Source: a virus
Strand: one strand, 5' to 3'
DNA: 64,000 bases
Virus record (IMG/VR): IMGVR_UViG_3300010883_000009
Location: 1 to 64,000 of that record
Positions 47,350 to 56,759 of the stretch are shown in pieces. A model generated the notes under the pieces. The model was given only the letters and a program-made list of their open reading frames with translations, was not told where the DNA came from and made no database searches. Positions within the stretch are counted from its first letter, which is position 1, and the number at the start of each line of letters is the position of its first letter. Made by a program: the position numbers and the translations under genes.

Positions 47350-47403
47350 AAACAAAACGCCGCCTCTCTTACAGTTTTTCTGTAGAGAACGCGGCGTTTC
47401 CTC
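47350..47403 (-). terminator. Long hairpin/terminator after portal, overlapping a promoter motif and the next RBS
   Basis: AAACGCCGC.TCTCTACAG-AAAAA-CTGT.AGAGA.GCGGCGTTT-TGTTT. Confidence 0.6.
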
Positions 47404-47418
47404 TTTTATTTAGTTTTT

Positions 47419-49698
47419 CTATGTGGTATTTGGGGCTGTCAGGCTTGGTTTAGCCTGAAGATCTTGGGCGTTCTGCTCAAGCCACATGCGTTTACGCATG
47501 ATTTCTTGGAGAACTGTGCGAACAATTTGTGGACCTGAACGTTCAATTTCGGTATCAGTAAAACGAAGAATTGTCCATCCTTGTTGCTGTAGTTTCATGT
47601 CCCTTGCGTTATCTCTATCGACTTGTTCTCGGGAACCATGAAAGACTTCTCCATCAGCTTCGATACCGATTTTAAGTTCAGGAATACCAAAGTCAAGAGA
47701 ATATTCTTGACCAGCAGCGTTAACTCTATATTGTGGATAAATAGTTTCTTTTAACAGACCGTCTTGCTGCGCCTGCATTAATTTAGGAATTAAATCTCTT
47801 TCAGCTTTAGTAAACGCTATACGCCCTTTCTCATCTCTAAAATACCCTTGCTCATCTTTTCCCATGACTCCCTGAGTTTCTTGTTCCCTGAATATCTTCT
47901 CTTGTTCCGACTGTATGCGTTCTCTCGTTCTCTTTTTTAGAACTTTTCCCCCAAACTGGGTGGGATCTGCTACCTCAGCCGTAATGCTTGTGCTTTTTGG
48001 CATTGGTCCTCCGACTCCCCCTCCTACGGGAGAAGGCATTCCTCCTCCTCCTACTGGAGTTCCGGGTCCACCCATCTCTCCGGGCGCTCCAATCGGTGGC
48101 TCTCCTCCTAATCCGCCGCCTCCGTCTAACGGCGGCATAGCTGAACCGCCTGCTCCGAATCCGCCGCCGCCTGCTCCTCCCGGAGCCGAAGGTCCAAATC
48201 CTTGTCCAATTGCCATGAACTGCAAGGCATCGTAACGCTTTCTCTCGATTTCCTGATCAGGATCAAGATCGAACGCCTCAAGTACCGTTTGAGCACTTAA
48301 GAGACCCTTATCGTAAAGCTGAATAATAAATGTTCTGTATTGCTGCTGATCGCGCAGATGCATCGAAGCCCATTTGATCTTGGGAATAATGTACTCATCT
48401 TCACCCGTATCAGGATTCTTGTCAACGAACCCTTGTCGTTTCGCTTCTGGAAGATAAATGTTTTTCTCGATCCATCTAGCGACTTCACTACGGAAAGTAT
48501 TGAGACGCTGAATCATTGCCTCGATACCGACAGCCGCCGAACTGAAGTTTGGTCCCTCTCCGTTCAACAGCGCATTGTTGATCATCATACCGTCGAGAAT
48601 TTCTTGATTAATGAACTCAAACTCATTAGAAAGAGTAAGAACTCTTCCTGCTGCGCCAACAAAGTCTAATTCGAAAGCATGGTGAGTAACAATAGTAAGG
48701 TTAGGATCGTTAGCTGTTTGAGATAACTGAGACTGTACGTCTGCAATATCAGCGGGACCAGCAGGACGCTCATCGCTACCGACCTTGACGATCTTGATTG
48801 GGACAATTAAACGCTCTGCAACTATCCACTGAGCAACCATCAGTTTCGTTTTGTAGGAAAGAATAGGAAACAAACGACGAACCATTCCTATACCAAACTT
48901 CTGATATCCACATTCTCCGTACTTTAAATGCGACACATTGCGATTGTCAAGGCGAATAGGTTGTCCTGTAGCGATAAGGGCAACAACTTCAGGAGACAAT
49001 TTCTCATAACCCGGAATCTTTCTTTGTACCATGTTAATCAACTCTTCGTCAGGACGAAGCGCAATCATTGGGTCAGGGTTAATGGAAGTCGTGTGAACCT
49101 CTACATAATCAGGATTTAGGAGAACAACACGGCGTACTGTCCCGCCCTCATGTTCGCATATCTCGTCTCCGACCTTACCTGCTCCGAAACAATGAGGACA
49201 ATCGATTTCAATAAAAGGGAAGCAATCTCCCAAAAGGTGAACTTCATGACTAATTAAACGACACCATTTAGGGAGTTCAATCTTGTCTTTAAGTTTATCG
49301 AAATGAATCTTAACGTCTCGATTACGACATTCATGCTCGAAGTCGCTCATGGGAAAATCGCTGTAGAAGTCAACAGCAGCAGCTACTTTGGGTTCGTTCT
49401 CGTAAAAGAAACGCGCCCACTGATACTGTTCTAGACGCTTAGAAGGTATCTGCCAGTTGATCGGGGTGTGAACTGGTGAGAAGAATTGAGGCTGACCATA
49501 TACGATACCGGCTGAGGTCGCAGCAGTACGCGACATTCCCGTTCCCCATCCGCCAGTTTCTACTGCGGTAGTTGGGGCATAGTTATGTTGGGGAATCCTT
49601 TTGTAGTCAGGATGGGGCGCTACAATTTTCTTCCCGACTTTAGCGGGATCTCGATTTTTAAGTGCTTGAAAAGCTTGTTGTAGTCCTGAATCTGCCAT
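47419..49698 (-). CDS. Portal protein with C-terminal DUF559 (Vsr-like) endonuclease domain
   Basis: WARFFYENEP, LLGDCFPF, LLNPDYVEV, AQWIVAERLIVPIKIVKVG portal motifs; Gly/Pro linker; PQYRV..YSLDF..IEADGEVFH..D..RD..L...GWTILRF. Confidence 0.8.
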   Translation of the reverse strand: MADSGLQQAFQALKNRDPAKVGKKIVAPHPDYKRIPQHNYAPTTAVETGGWGTGMSRTAATSAGIVYGQPQFFSPVHTPINWQIPSKRLEQYQWARFFYENEPKVAAAVDFYSDFPMSDFEHECRNRDVKIHFDKLKDKIELPKWCRLISHEVHLLGDCFPFIEIDCPHCFGAGKVGDEICEHEGGTVRRVVLLNPDYVEVHTTSINPDPMIALRPDEELINMVQRKIPGYEKLSPEVVALIATGQPIRLDNRNVSHLKYGECGYQKFGIGMVRRLFPILSYKTKLMVAQWIVAERLIVPIKIVKVGSDERPAGPADIADVQSQLSQTANDPNLTIVTHHAFELDFVGAAGRVLTLSNEFEFINQEILDGMMINNALLNGEGPNFSSAAVGIEAMIQRLNTFRSEVARWIEKNIYLPEAKRQGFVDKNPDTGEDEYIIPKIKWASMHLRDQQQYRTFIIQLYDKGLLSAQTVLEAFDLDPDQEIERKRYDALQFMAIGQGFGPSAPGGAGGGGFGAGGSAMPPLDGGGGLGGEPPIGAPGEMGGPGTPVGGGGMPSPVGGGVGGPMPKSTSITAEVADPTQFGGKVLKKRTRERIQSEQEKIFREQETQGVMGKDEQGYFRDEKGRIAFTKAERDLIPKLMQAQQDGLLKETIYPQYRVNAAGQEYSLDFGIPELKIGIEADGEVFHGSREQVDRDNARDMKLQQQGWTILRFTDTEIERSGPQIVRTVLQEIMRKRMWLEQNAQDLQAKPSLTAPNTT

Positions 49699-49752
49699 AC
49701 TTACTCCAAAATGTCACTCTTCATTATACAAATAAAGAGCGTTTTTGTGCGA

Positions 49753-51114
49753 TTAACTTGGCTGGAGTTCCGTTACGGCAAAGTCTTGCCCATAGGCAGG
49801 TTCGGCATTTTGCGTTTCCAATGCCGCTTCAGCCATTGCCTCCTGATCATCTTCATTGAGACCAATCTCTGTAGCTACATCCTGAATCGGCGTTGTTGAA
49901 GCAACTTCGAAATCCATGTTAGCGAAGCTTACGCGACTTCCAACCAAATTTGCGTTTACTGGGTGATCAACGATCTCGAAGACATTTGTAACGTTAGGAA
50001 CGTTAACAAACATTGCCCCCGGATCTAAGTAAATTTGCTGATTAGCATCACCGCTGAGAACACCATACGCTCCGTTTTGATCTGTAACTTTAATGTTGCT
50101 CGTACCAGCGTGTTCCAACATCTCCTGTAATGTTTCAGCCTTTTTGACTACCGCTTCGTAACCGATGCCTGCATGCTTAGATACTAGCCGTTGAGCAACT
50201 TGATCAATTTGTGCAACTCCCATGACTGAAGCTCTGTAATGGTCGCAAATAGAATCAACCATTGTTTCATATTCGACACCTGCTTCTCGCATTTCAATTG
50301 TATCTTTGAAAATATGATAGATACGATCTTGTTCAGCTTCTTTAAGATTCTTATTTGAAGCAACCTTTACGACCTTCTCAAACGAGTCAGCAGCAACGGT
50401 AATGCTATCTGCCTTATTGTCTCTCGCTTCTTCCAAGCGTCTTTCGGTAGAGTACTGATGCGGTCTTGGCTTGCGAGTCCTTTCTCCGTCTGCCAATTCC
50501 ATCTGATTCCCTCCGTCTCTTGGAGCGTCAGGATTAGCAGGAGTTCCGGCAGTTGGGAAAACATGGAAACGGTCATTGATGTAACCACCAACTACTTTCC
50601 CATCATTATCTTTGTAATCCCTGTAGAACTTATCCATTACATATGTTCGCCAAATAGATTCTCCGCTATAGATGTGATGAGGATCTTCATCAAAACGAAT
50701 TTCATCGGTTGCGTAGTGCGTGAAGTCATAATACTTATCGCGTCCTACTCTCCAAGGAGTATTTTCGTTGTAAGCGTCTACAACTCTGTTCCATTTGTTT
50801 CTGCTGGATCTAGTCCATTCATTACGCTGACGAGGATCTGAAGATTCTTTTTTCATAGCTGTTGCCTGTTTTGTTAGTTTTGTAATATCATGTTTAGCGA
50901 GAACGCCGAACAAAATCTCAGAAGCATTGCTATTCTCTCCCTGTTCTAAAATTGCTTGACAGGAATCATGAATGTCTTGCTCGTCATCCGGAATTTCAGA
51001 CATGTCTGGAACCGTCTCAATCATTTTCATGAGTTCTTGCGCAGCTTCTTCAGCCGAACCTCTTGAACGAACCCACGCTTCTAAATCCTTAGGATTCTGA
51101 AAATACTCTGCCAT
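49753..51114 (-). CDS. Hypothetical head-associated protein (453 aa)
   Basis: AAGGAG RBS; VVKVAS, VVKKAE motifs. Confidence 0.55.
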   Translation of the reverse strand: MAEYFQNPKDLEAWVRSRGSAEEAAQELMKMIETVPDMSEIPDDEQDIHDSCQAILEQGENSNASEILFGVLAKHDITKLTKQATAMKKESSDPRQRNEWTRSSRNKWNRVVDAYNENTPWRVGRDKYYDFTHYATDEIRFDEDPHHIYSGESIWRTYVMDKFYRDYKDNDGKVVGGYINDRFHVFPTAGTPANPDAPRDGGNQMELADGERTRKPRPHQYSTERRLEEARDNKADSITVAADSFEKVVKVASNKNLKEAEQDRIYHIFKDTIEMREAGVEYETMVDSICDHYRASVMGVAQIDQVAQRLVSKHAGIGYEAVVKKAETLQEMLEHAGTSNIKVTDQNGAYGVLSGDANQQIYLDPGAMFVNVPNVTNVFEIVDHPVNANLVGSRVSFANMDFEVASTTPIQDVATEIGLNEDDQEAMAEAALETQNAEPAYGQDFAVTELQPS

Positions 51115-51124
51115 GTCTAGCTCC

Positions 51125-52120
51125 TTATTGTGCTACGCCCAAGTTTGATGCTAAAGAACTTGCGAAATCATCAGAAATCTGACGAGAACTTTGTTTACAA
51201 GGCTTCTCCCAATCGTCGTTCTCTTTCGGACGCTGGATAGAGGCTTTGTACTCTTTGTTATGTTTCGCAATCTTTTCGCCTTCAGTCAAATCGGGCAAAG
51301 TTTGTTTTCCGCTACCATAAACGCCGCCTTGAACGGGTTCGTGATTAAGACCCGTATGAGCATTAAGTGATTCGGTTGGGAATACCGTTCCTTTCGGAAT
51401 TATATCTCCTCCAGACATTTCATCAGCCTTATCTTGCTGCCATTCGGTATGATTCGCCTTCTTCTGCTCTTCTTTGTCTTTTGCTTGCTGCTTCAAGCGT
51501 TCGCCGTTATCAGGAGTTTCACTCTCTGCAAATTCTTTGATAGCGTCAGGATTCGTGATGCTGTTTTGGTTAGGAGCGGGGTTAACATCCGAATTTTCGA
51601 AATAATTCTCTCCGCCACCAATCGCAATGACATCACCTGTAAACAGGGATGGTTCGGACAAGTTGTCTTGTTTCTTAACCTGTTCCCAGTTAGCAGGCTC
51701 CATGTGAGACGTATCTGAACGCTCATCAATGCGGAAAGGATCTTTCCATACACCTCGTAAATTTTGCGTTTCCTCAGATGGAGCCGCTGCTTGCGCAGTT
51801 CTAACCATCGTATCGGATGCTGATTCTCTTTGAATATCGACAGGATTAAACCCCTTAAACTTGGACAAATCCATGCCGCAAGCAATGGCGTATTCTCTCA
51901 AATGACGAACAACACCATCATCCCAATTGGAATTATAATGGTAAGGCTTACCGTTAGAAGAACATGCTTCAATCCTATCGCACTCTTGAGCTAATACCAA
52001 TTCGTCCACTTCCTCAGAAACATTTATTTCCTCAACTTCTTCAGTTGGAATGGAAGGTTTTTGTTCTTCGGTCATGAACCAAGGAATGCTCTGTTCGTCT
52101 GCGACTCGTAATATGTTCAT
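51125..52120 (-). CDS. Leader-bearing acidic protein (MNILRVA)
   Basis: 331 aa; internal MVRTAQ. Confidence 0.55.
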   Translation of the reverse strand: MNILRVADEQSIPWFMTEEQKPSIPTEEVEEINVSEEVDELVLAQECDRIEACSSNGKPYHYNSNWDDGVVRHLREYAIACGMDLSKFKGFNPVDIQRESASDTMVRTAQAAAPSEETQNLRGVWKDPFRIDERSDTSHMEPANWEQVKKQDNLSEPSLFTGDVIAIGGGENYFENSDVNPAPNQNSITNPDAIKEFAESETPDNGERLKQQAKDKEEQKKANHTEWQQDKADEMSGGDIIPKGTVFPTESLNAHTGLNHEPVQGGVYGSGKQTLPDLTEGEKIAKHNKEYKASIQRPKENDDWEKPCKQSSRQISDDFASSLASNLGVAQ

Positions 52121-52177
52121 AAATCAGTCCTTTTTAGTGGTTACATGGAAATTCACGTACCTATTTTTCCTAATGTC

Positions 52178-52205
52178 TATTTCATACATCCTGCGGTAAT
52201 TCCTT
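52178..52205 (-). promoter_or_regulatory. Putative late promoter (AAGG-N18-GAAATA)
   Basis: Recurrent motif after a terminator. Confidence 0.55.
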
Positions 52206-52219
52206 CTTTTTTGAGCAAC

Positions 52220-52251
52220 AAAAAACCCCGCACTTAGACGCGGGGGTTTTT
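52220..52251. terminator. Intrinsic terminator
   Basis: AAAAACCCCGC...GCGGGGGTTTTT stem with A/T flanks. Confidence 0.7.
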
Positions 52252-52460
52252 GCTTCTAGCGATTTCTACGCTTTCTTATATTATGTATCGACATATAGTC
52301 GATAAAAGTCATATAGCTTTGAGCAAAACGATATTGCTCCGACTCAGGCAAAGAAAGCCAAAATTTAGTTACTTCGTTGTATTTCTCCGACTTCTTTTTG
52401 CGTCTATATACAGTAACTCTGTATCTATAATTGTAATCCTTGGCTTCTTGTGATTCGCCT

Positions 52461-55400
52461 TTATTTCAACTCTTTGAAGCCGGGTTCAGGCTCAGTCTTC
52501 TTCTTGTCAAAATCAAACTGCTCTTGTTCCTCTTTGTCACCCTTTTTCATACGACGAAATACCTCTCGATCTCCAAGAATCAACTCACCTGTTGAATCAT
52601 CGTCTTTCATGGAACCTTCGCAATATTCCAGCACCTTGACGAAGTTTTCCGTATTCCATTCCAAACCCTTCTCACCTCGTTTGAGATAGTAATGATGAGC
52701 CGCCATTTCCATAACAAGAGTTTCAACGTCTCGAACAGTAAAGCCCTTCATGGTACAAAGTTCTGCAACTTGATCCAAATCAAGACCGTCAATGGCTTTT
52801 TGCAACGCTTCATGCGTCATGAAGCCAAGAACCTTGATCTCTCGATTTTTCATTCTACGACCCGTTGTTTTGAGGGTCTCCTTCATAGATTCCGAATCAA
52901 AATTGTCAATGTCAATTACCAAATCTACACGACCTGATCTCAACATTGGACCTGTAATCGTTTCTTTATGGTTCGTAGTCATGACAACGAAAATGTTTCG
53001 CTTAGCGAATTCGTTCTCTTCTTGACCATTCTGCAACCAAGCCATGAACTCAGACTCGACTTGCTTATGAGCCTCATGCATACCTGCCGCAGAGTCATTA
53101 GTTGCACCGATTGCTCTATCATATTCATCGATACGAACGATTACATGAGAAGAGTTCATAATAGCCTGAATTGACTTCCTTGCTTGTTCGGAACCCTCTC
53201 CAACCCATTTAGAGTGAACTGCATTAACATTGAAATCCCAAATATCGAATCCCAAAAGTCCTGCCAAGTGGATCGGGAATGCAGAGTTATGAGTTACTGT
53301 GTAGTCTCCAAGTAAAAATTGGTTATCTCCATCTACTTCAAAACCAAAGTAATCGCCAACACCAATCGGTTCAACATCAATACCACATTTTACTCCAATT
53401 TTTTGAGGATTGTCATGCGCTTGTTTCCTCTCTAGAAGCGTAGGGATTTCGGATAGGTTTCCCCCAAACGTAACCGTATAGCATCTTATTTTGTAGTTTC
53501 TAGATTTAAGCGTCTTTATAGATGATGTCTCAAAAACCTTAAAACCTAAACTTCTACCCAAGTCAGCCACATCTTTTGCCAATCTTTCATTGACGTTAAA
53601 GAACTGTAACGAGCCGCTTTTGGTTTGATATCCGTCAGAGTCTATTAATCCTGCCAAAAGAGCCAATCGATTCTTTCTAGAATTAACCTTATAAACATTT
53701 GGAATGTGTTTATTTCCATATATATCTGTTGACCTGAGCGCAGCCTTTACAAAATTGTCTGCATATCCGCTACCTTGACGAGGTGAGAAATTTATTACCT
53801 CTGCTTTAGTTGTCGTCCGGTTTTCAACTCTGACGAATAAATTATTCGCCTTAGCCCAATCCATTAACCATTCCCGAACTGAATTATCTTTATCACCAAC
53901 GGTTATTGCAGGTTTTTTAGAAGTACCGTCTCCTAACCATAGTCCTGTCCAGTACGGGTCAAGGGGCAAATCTTGCTTAGGATACTCAACACCTGTTTTC
54001 CATCCGTAGTGAGTTTTCTTCCATGTTTCCCCTTTCTGTACATATTCTTCAGCAGAAATAAAAACCGGATCGTCTTGGAATCTCCCCTCTTTCTTCAAAG
54101 ACAAAATGTGTTTGTCATTGCAAATATAGTTGTCGCCATTTCTTTGACTAATCTTGTATAGCTCTCCTACGCCCTTTGTCGTTCCGAGAATCTTGCGGGG
54201 AGTCGAATCTGGACCCATTAAGATGTCATCCAATTGCACGTCTTCTACATTCTTCTTGGACCCATCAAACATGATAACTGGAGTTCCTTGACCAAGGCAT
54301 TTACCAACTCCGCCTTTGCCGAATAGAACAGAAACGTGAGGCATCCGCGTTTGAATGCGTTCAATCAGATCTTCGAATTGAGATTCATCCTTTCCTGCTT
54401 CAACAGCCTTTTGAGAACGCTTACGAAGCTCAGAAACCTCTCTGAAGTCTCTGAGTAACTTCTCTACATCCCAAGTAAAGTTGCTTGACTCAGGCGCAAT
54501 GTAATCTTCCCATGGACGAGGCGTTAACTGTGTTAAACCATATCCTTTGTCCATGAATTTCTGATTGATTGTTTTACGAAGAGTTTTTATCGCTTTAATG
54601 CTGTCGATCTTCTTAGATTTTGGGGGTTCTTCAGAAGCAGCCAACGAAGCAGCCAAAACATCTCCCGCTTCAGTATAAGTCAAACCTGCCAACTTACGAA
54701 CAATCTGTTCGCGCTGCGCTTTGCTGAATTTAACTTGGTATTTTGCGTTAGTGTACAGATCAGTGAAACTCTCAATGATATGATTAGCTTCATGCTCATC
54801 AACTGGACTTATTTCAAGCGTTCTAACTTGGAAAGGCAATTTTAGTTTGACGTTTGAAATCAATAACATACGGCAACCCTTTTTGATGCTAGGGTTGCGG
54901 AAATTATCGAAAACGTTCAATGCCTTAGGCTCAACTACTCCGGGATTCTCCTTGAAGCAGAAGTCAACTGCGAAATCAACATTTTTGATGATCAACAGCT
55001 TATCCTTGAATCTACCTTGTAGAACTTCTCGACGACTAACAAATCCGTCAGGCTTCCTTTTGCGTTTTCCAGTTTGAGGATCTGTTTTCGGTATTGGGAT
55101 ATCCATGTCTGGATCTTGTTCTGTTTCGATAGAACCGTAGATCAACTCGTCAAGATAACCATAACTACGCCCTTTGCCGGGTTGACCATGCTGAAGCTCA
55201 ACAGCATCAATGTCAGCGGTGTTGTTGTAGAGTTCTTGCATTTTGAAACATTCCTTCATTAACGCATCTACTAAGCAAGGGTCTTCGTGATTAACTACGA
55301 AATTTGTAATACCGGTCAACGACAGCTTGGTAGAGACTATAAGCTCTTCCTTGAGCTTTTGGAATGTCTCGCTAGACTTGACCAAAGACGTAAAATTGAT

Positions 55401-55511
55401 ATCCGACCCTTTCTTGGGCGGAGCGGTGGCTGCGGATGCTGCCGATGCTGCCGGGGGCTTTACAGCAACCGTTTTTGAGTCAGTTTTTTGTGTTGTGTTA
55501 GTCGTTGGCAT
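52461..55511 (-). CDS. AAA+ ATPase (Ycf46-like) interrupted by an intein
   Basis: Walker A GKGGVGK|S, SKWVGEGSE, Walker B IDEYD, sensor MTTN, RSGRVD arginine finger. Confidence 0.8.
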   Translation of the reverse strand: MPTTNTTQKTDSKTVAVKPPAASAASAATAPPKKGSDINFTSLVKSSETFQKLKEELIVSTKLSLTGITNFVVNHEDPCLVDALMKECFKMQELYNNTADIDAVELQHGQPGKGRSYGYLDELIYGSIETEQDPDMDIPIPKTDPQTGKRKRKPDGFVSRREVLQGRFKDKLLIIKNVDFAVDFCFKENPGVVEPKALNVFDNFRNPSIKKGCRMLLISNVKLKLPFQVRTLEISPVDEHEANHIIESFTDLYTNAKYQVKFSKAQREQIVRKLAGLTYTEAGDVLAASLAASEEPPKSKKIDSIKAIKTLRKTINQKFMDKGYGLTQLTPRPWEDYIAPESSNFTWDVEKLLRDFREVSELRKRSQKAVEAGKDESQFEDLIERIQTRMPHVSVLFGKGGVGKCLGQGTPVIMFDGSKKNVEDVQLDDILMGPDSTPRKILGTTKGVGELYKISQRNGDNYICNDKHILSLKKEGRFQDDPVFISAEEYVQKGETWKKTHYGWKTGVEYPKQDLPLDPYWTGLWLGDGTSKKPAITVGDKDNSVREWLMDWAKANNLFVRVENRTTTKAEVINFSPRQGSGYADNFVKAALRSTDIYGNKHIPNVYKVNSRKNRLALLAGLIDSDGYQTKSGSLQFFNVNERLAKDVADLGRSLGFKVFETSSIKTLKSRNYKIRCYTVTFGGNLSEIPTLLERKQAHDNPQKIGVKCGIDVEPIGVGDYFGFEVDGDNQFLLGDYTVTHNSAFPIHLAGLLGFDIWDFNVNAVHSKWVGEGSEQARKSIQAIMNSSHVIVRIDEYDRAIGATNDSAAGMHEAHKQVESEFMAWLQNGQEENEFAKRNIFVVMTTNHKETITGPMLRSGRVDLVIDIDNFDSESMKETLKTTGRRMKNREIKVLGFMTHEALQKAIDGLDLDQVAELCTMKGFTVRDVETLVMEMAAHHYYLKRGEKGLEWNTENFVKVLEYCEGSMKDDDSTGELILGDREVFRRMKKGDKEEQEQFDFDKKKTEPEPGFKELK
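53286..54299 (-). mobile_element. Intein (338 aa) with LAGLIDADG endonuclease
   Basis: Starts CLGQGTPV, ends VTHN followed by Ser; GLWLGDG and LAGLIDSDG motifs; inserted between K and S of Walker A. Confidence 0.92.
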
Positions 55512-55566
55512 AAGCGTCTCCAAGTTCTAGTTATAGATTTGAATCTATTATACAACGCCCCCCAAC

Positions 55567-55609
55567 AAAAAAGGCAGACAATAACGCATTATGCGCTATC
55601 GTCTGCCTT
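55567..55609 (-). terminator. Intrinsic terminator
   Basis: AAGGCAGAC...GTCTGCCTT stem plus T tract on the minus strand. Confidence 0.65.
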
Positions 55610-55629
55610 GAAAAAATCGGTAACGACGC

Positions 55630-56415
55630 TTATTTTTCGTAGTTCGTGGTCATCAACTTGGCGTAGTCGGCTACGTATCCCAAGTCGTCTTTCCAGAACT
55701 TCAAAACTTTCTTGCGAGTGGTCGGGCTGATTTTACTCGTCTTAACGAGATCATCTACGCTAGCTTCCTTCAGAAGCTCTTCCTTATCGGACTTTGCAAA
55801 TGCTCCACAAGCTTCAGCCTCTTCGTCAGACTCTTGAATAATGTCTTCGCCGCCTTCTTCAACGTCTTCAACAATATCAATCTCGATAACCGCTTCGTCA
55901 GAAACGTCAGTAATGTCTTCAACAACGTCTTCAACAACGTCTTCGGCTGCGTCGGCTGTTACGCCTACGGCATCCTTAACGGCTTCAACTGCTTCTTCGA
56001 CTTTAGCAACTGCTTCTGTAACTGCTTCCGCGACCTCATCGGCTGCTTCTGATTTCTCTACGAGGTCGGCAACTGCTTCCTGAACGTCTCCGCTAACTGC
56101 TTCTTCAACGTCATCAGTTACGTCAGTTACTTCGTCAGCTTCGTCGTCGTCGTCGTCATCATCGTCAACTTCGTCCACTTCCGTGTCGTCGAATTGAGCT
56201 TCTACTACCTTCTTGGCTGCTTCGTACAGCAAATCCTTATCGGTCTTTGCCTCAACAACCGCTTCTTGAGAAGCTTGCTCGTCGGCTTGTTCGGTATTTT
56301 CTTCGATTGATGCTTCGGTGGATTCCTCGTTGGCAGAAGCCGTTCTTACCATCTCTTCTGGGTCTGTAGGACTCCATTCGAAGTCTGTTTTTCCAACTGG
56401 TGTAATAACTGCCAT
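55630..56415 (-). CDS. Highly acidic scaffold/core-like protein
   Basis: D/E/V/A-rich 261 aa; MVRTAS, LLKEAS motifs; strong RBS. Confidence 0.55.
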   Translation of the reverse strand: MAVITPVGKTDFEWSPTDPEEMVRTASANEESTEASIEENTEQADEQASQEAVVEAKTDKDLLYEAAKKVVEAQFDDTEVDEVDDDDDDDDEADEVTDVTDDVEEAVSGDVQEAVADLVEKSEAADEVAEAVTEAVAKVEEAVEAVKDAVGVTADAAEDVVEDVVEDITDVSDEAVIEIDIVEDVEEGGEDIIQESDEEAEACGAFAKSDKEELLKEASVDDLVKTSKISPTTRKKVLKFWKDDLGYVADYAKLMTTNYEK

Positions 56416-56484
56416 TTTATGTCTCCTTTTGTGATTAAACTTCAGTCTTTTCTTTTAATTCTTTATTATGTTCTCGATTCCTTC

Positions 56485-56712
56485 TTATTTCTTGCTTTGT
56501 GCTGAAGCATATTTGAACGACCAATCTCCGCCACTCAAATCTTGATACTCTTCTATACAAGAAGTAATCGCCGCTTGCGCTGCCATTCCTGCCGAAACCT
56601 TAGCCTTGTAACAGTCCATCCAGTTACGACTTTGGCTTTTCATCAACGCCTGAGCATCTTCGTAGTAAGCTGTACGTCGAAATGCCTTCAGGTTAAACAC
56701 AGTAGTTTTCAT
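56485..56712 (-). CDS. Small hypothetical protein (FNLKAFRRTA)
   Basis: 75 aa, 6 nt after promoter motif at 56719-56746. Confidence 0.55.
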   Translation of the reverse strand: MKTTVFNLKAFRRTAYYEDAQALMKSQSRNWMDCYKAKVSAGMAAQAAITSCIEEYQDLSGGDWSFKYASAQSKK

Positions 56713-56759
56713 GGTGTCTTATTCACGGTTTATTGGCGAATTCCTTCTCTTATCTTTGT

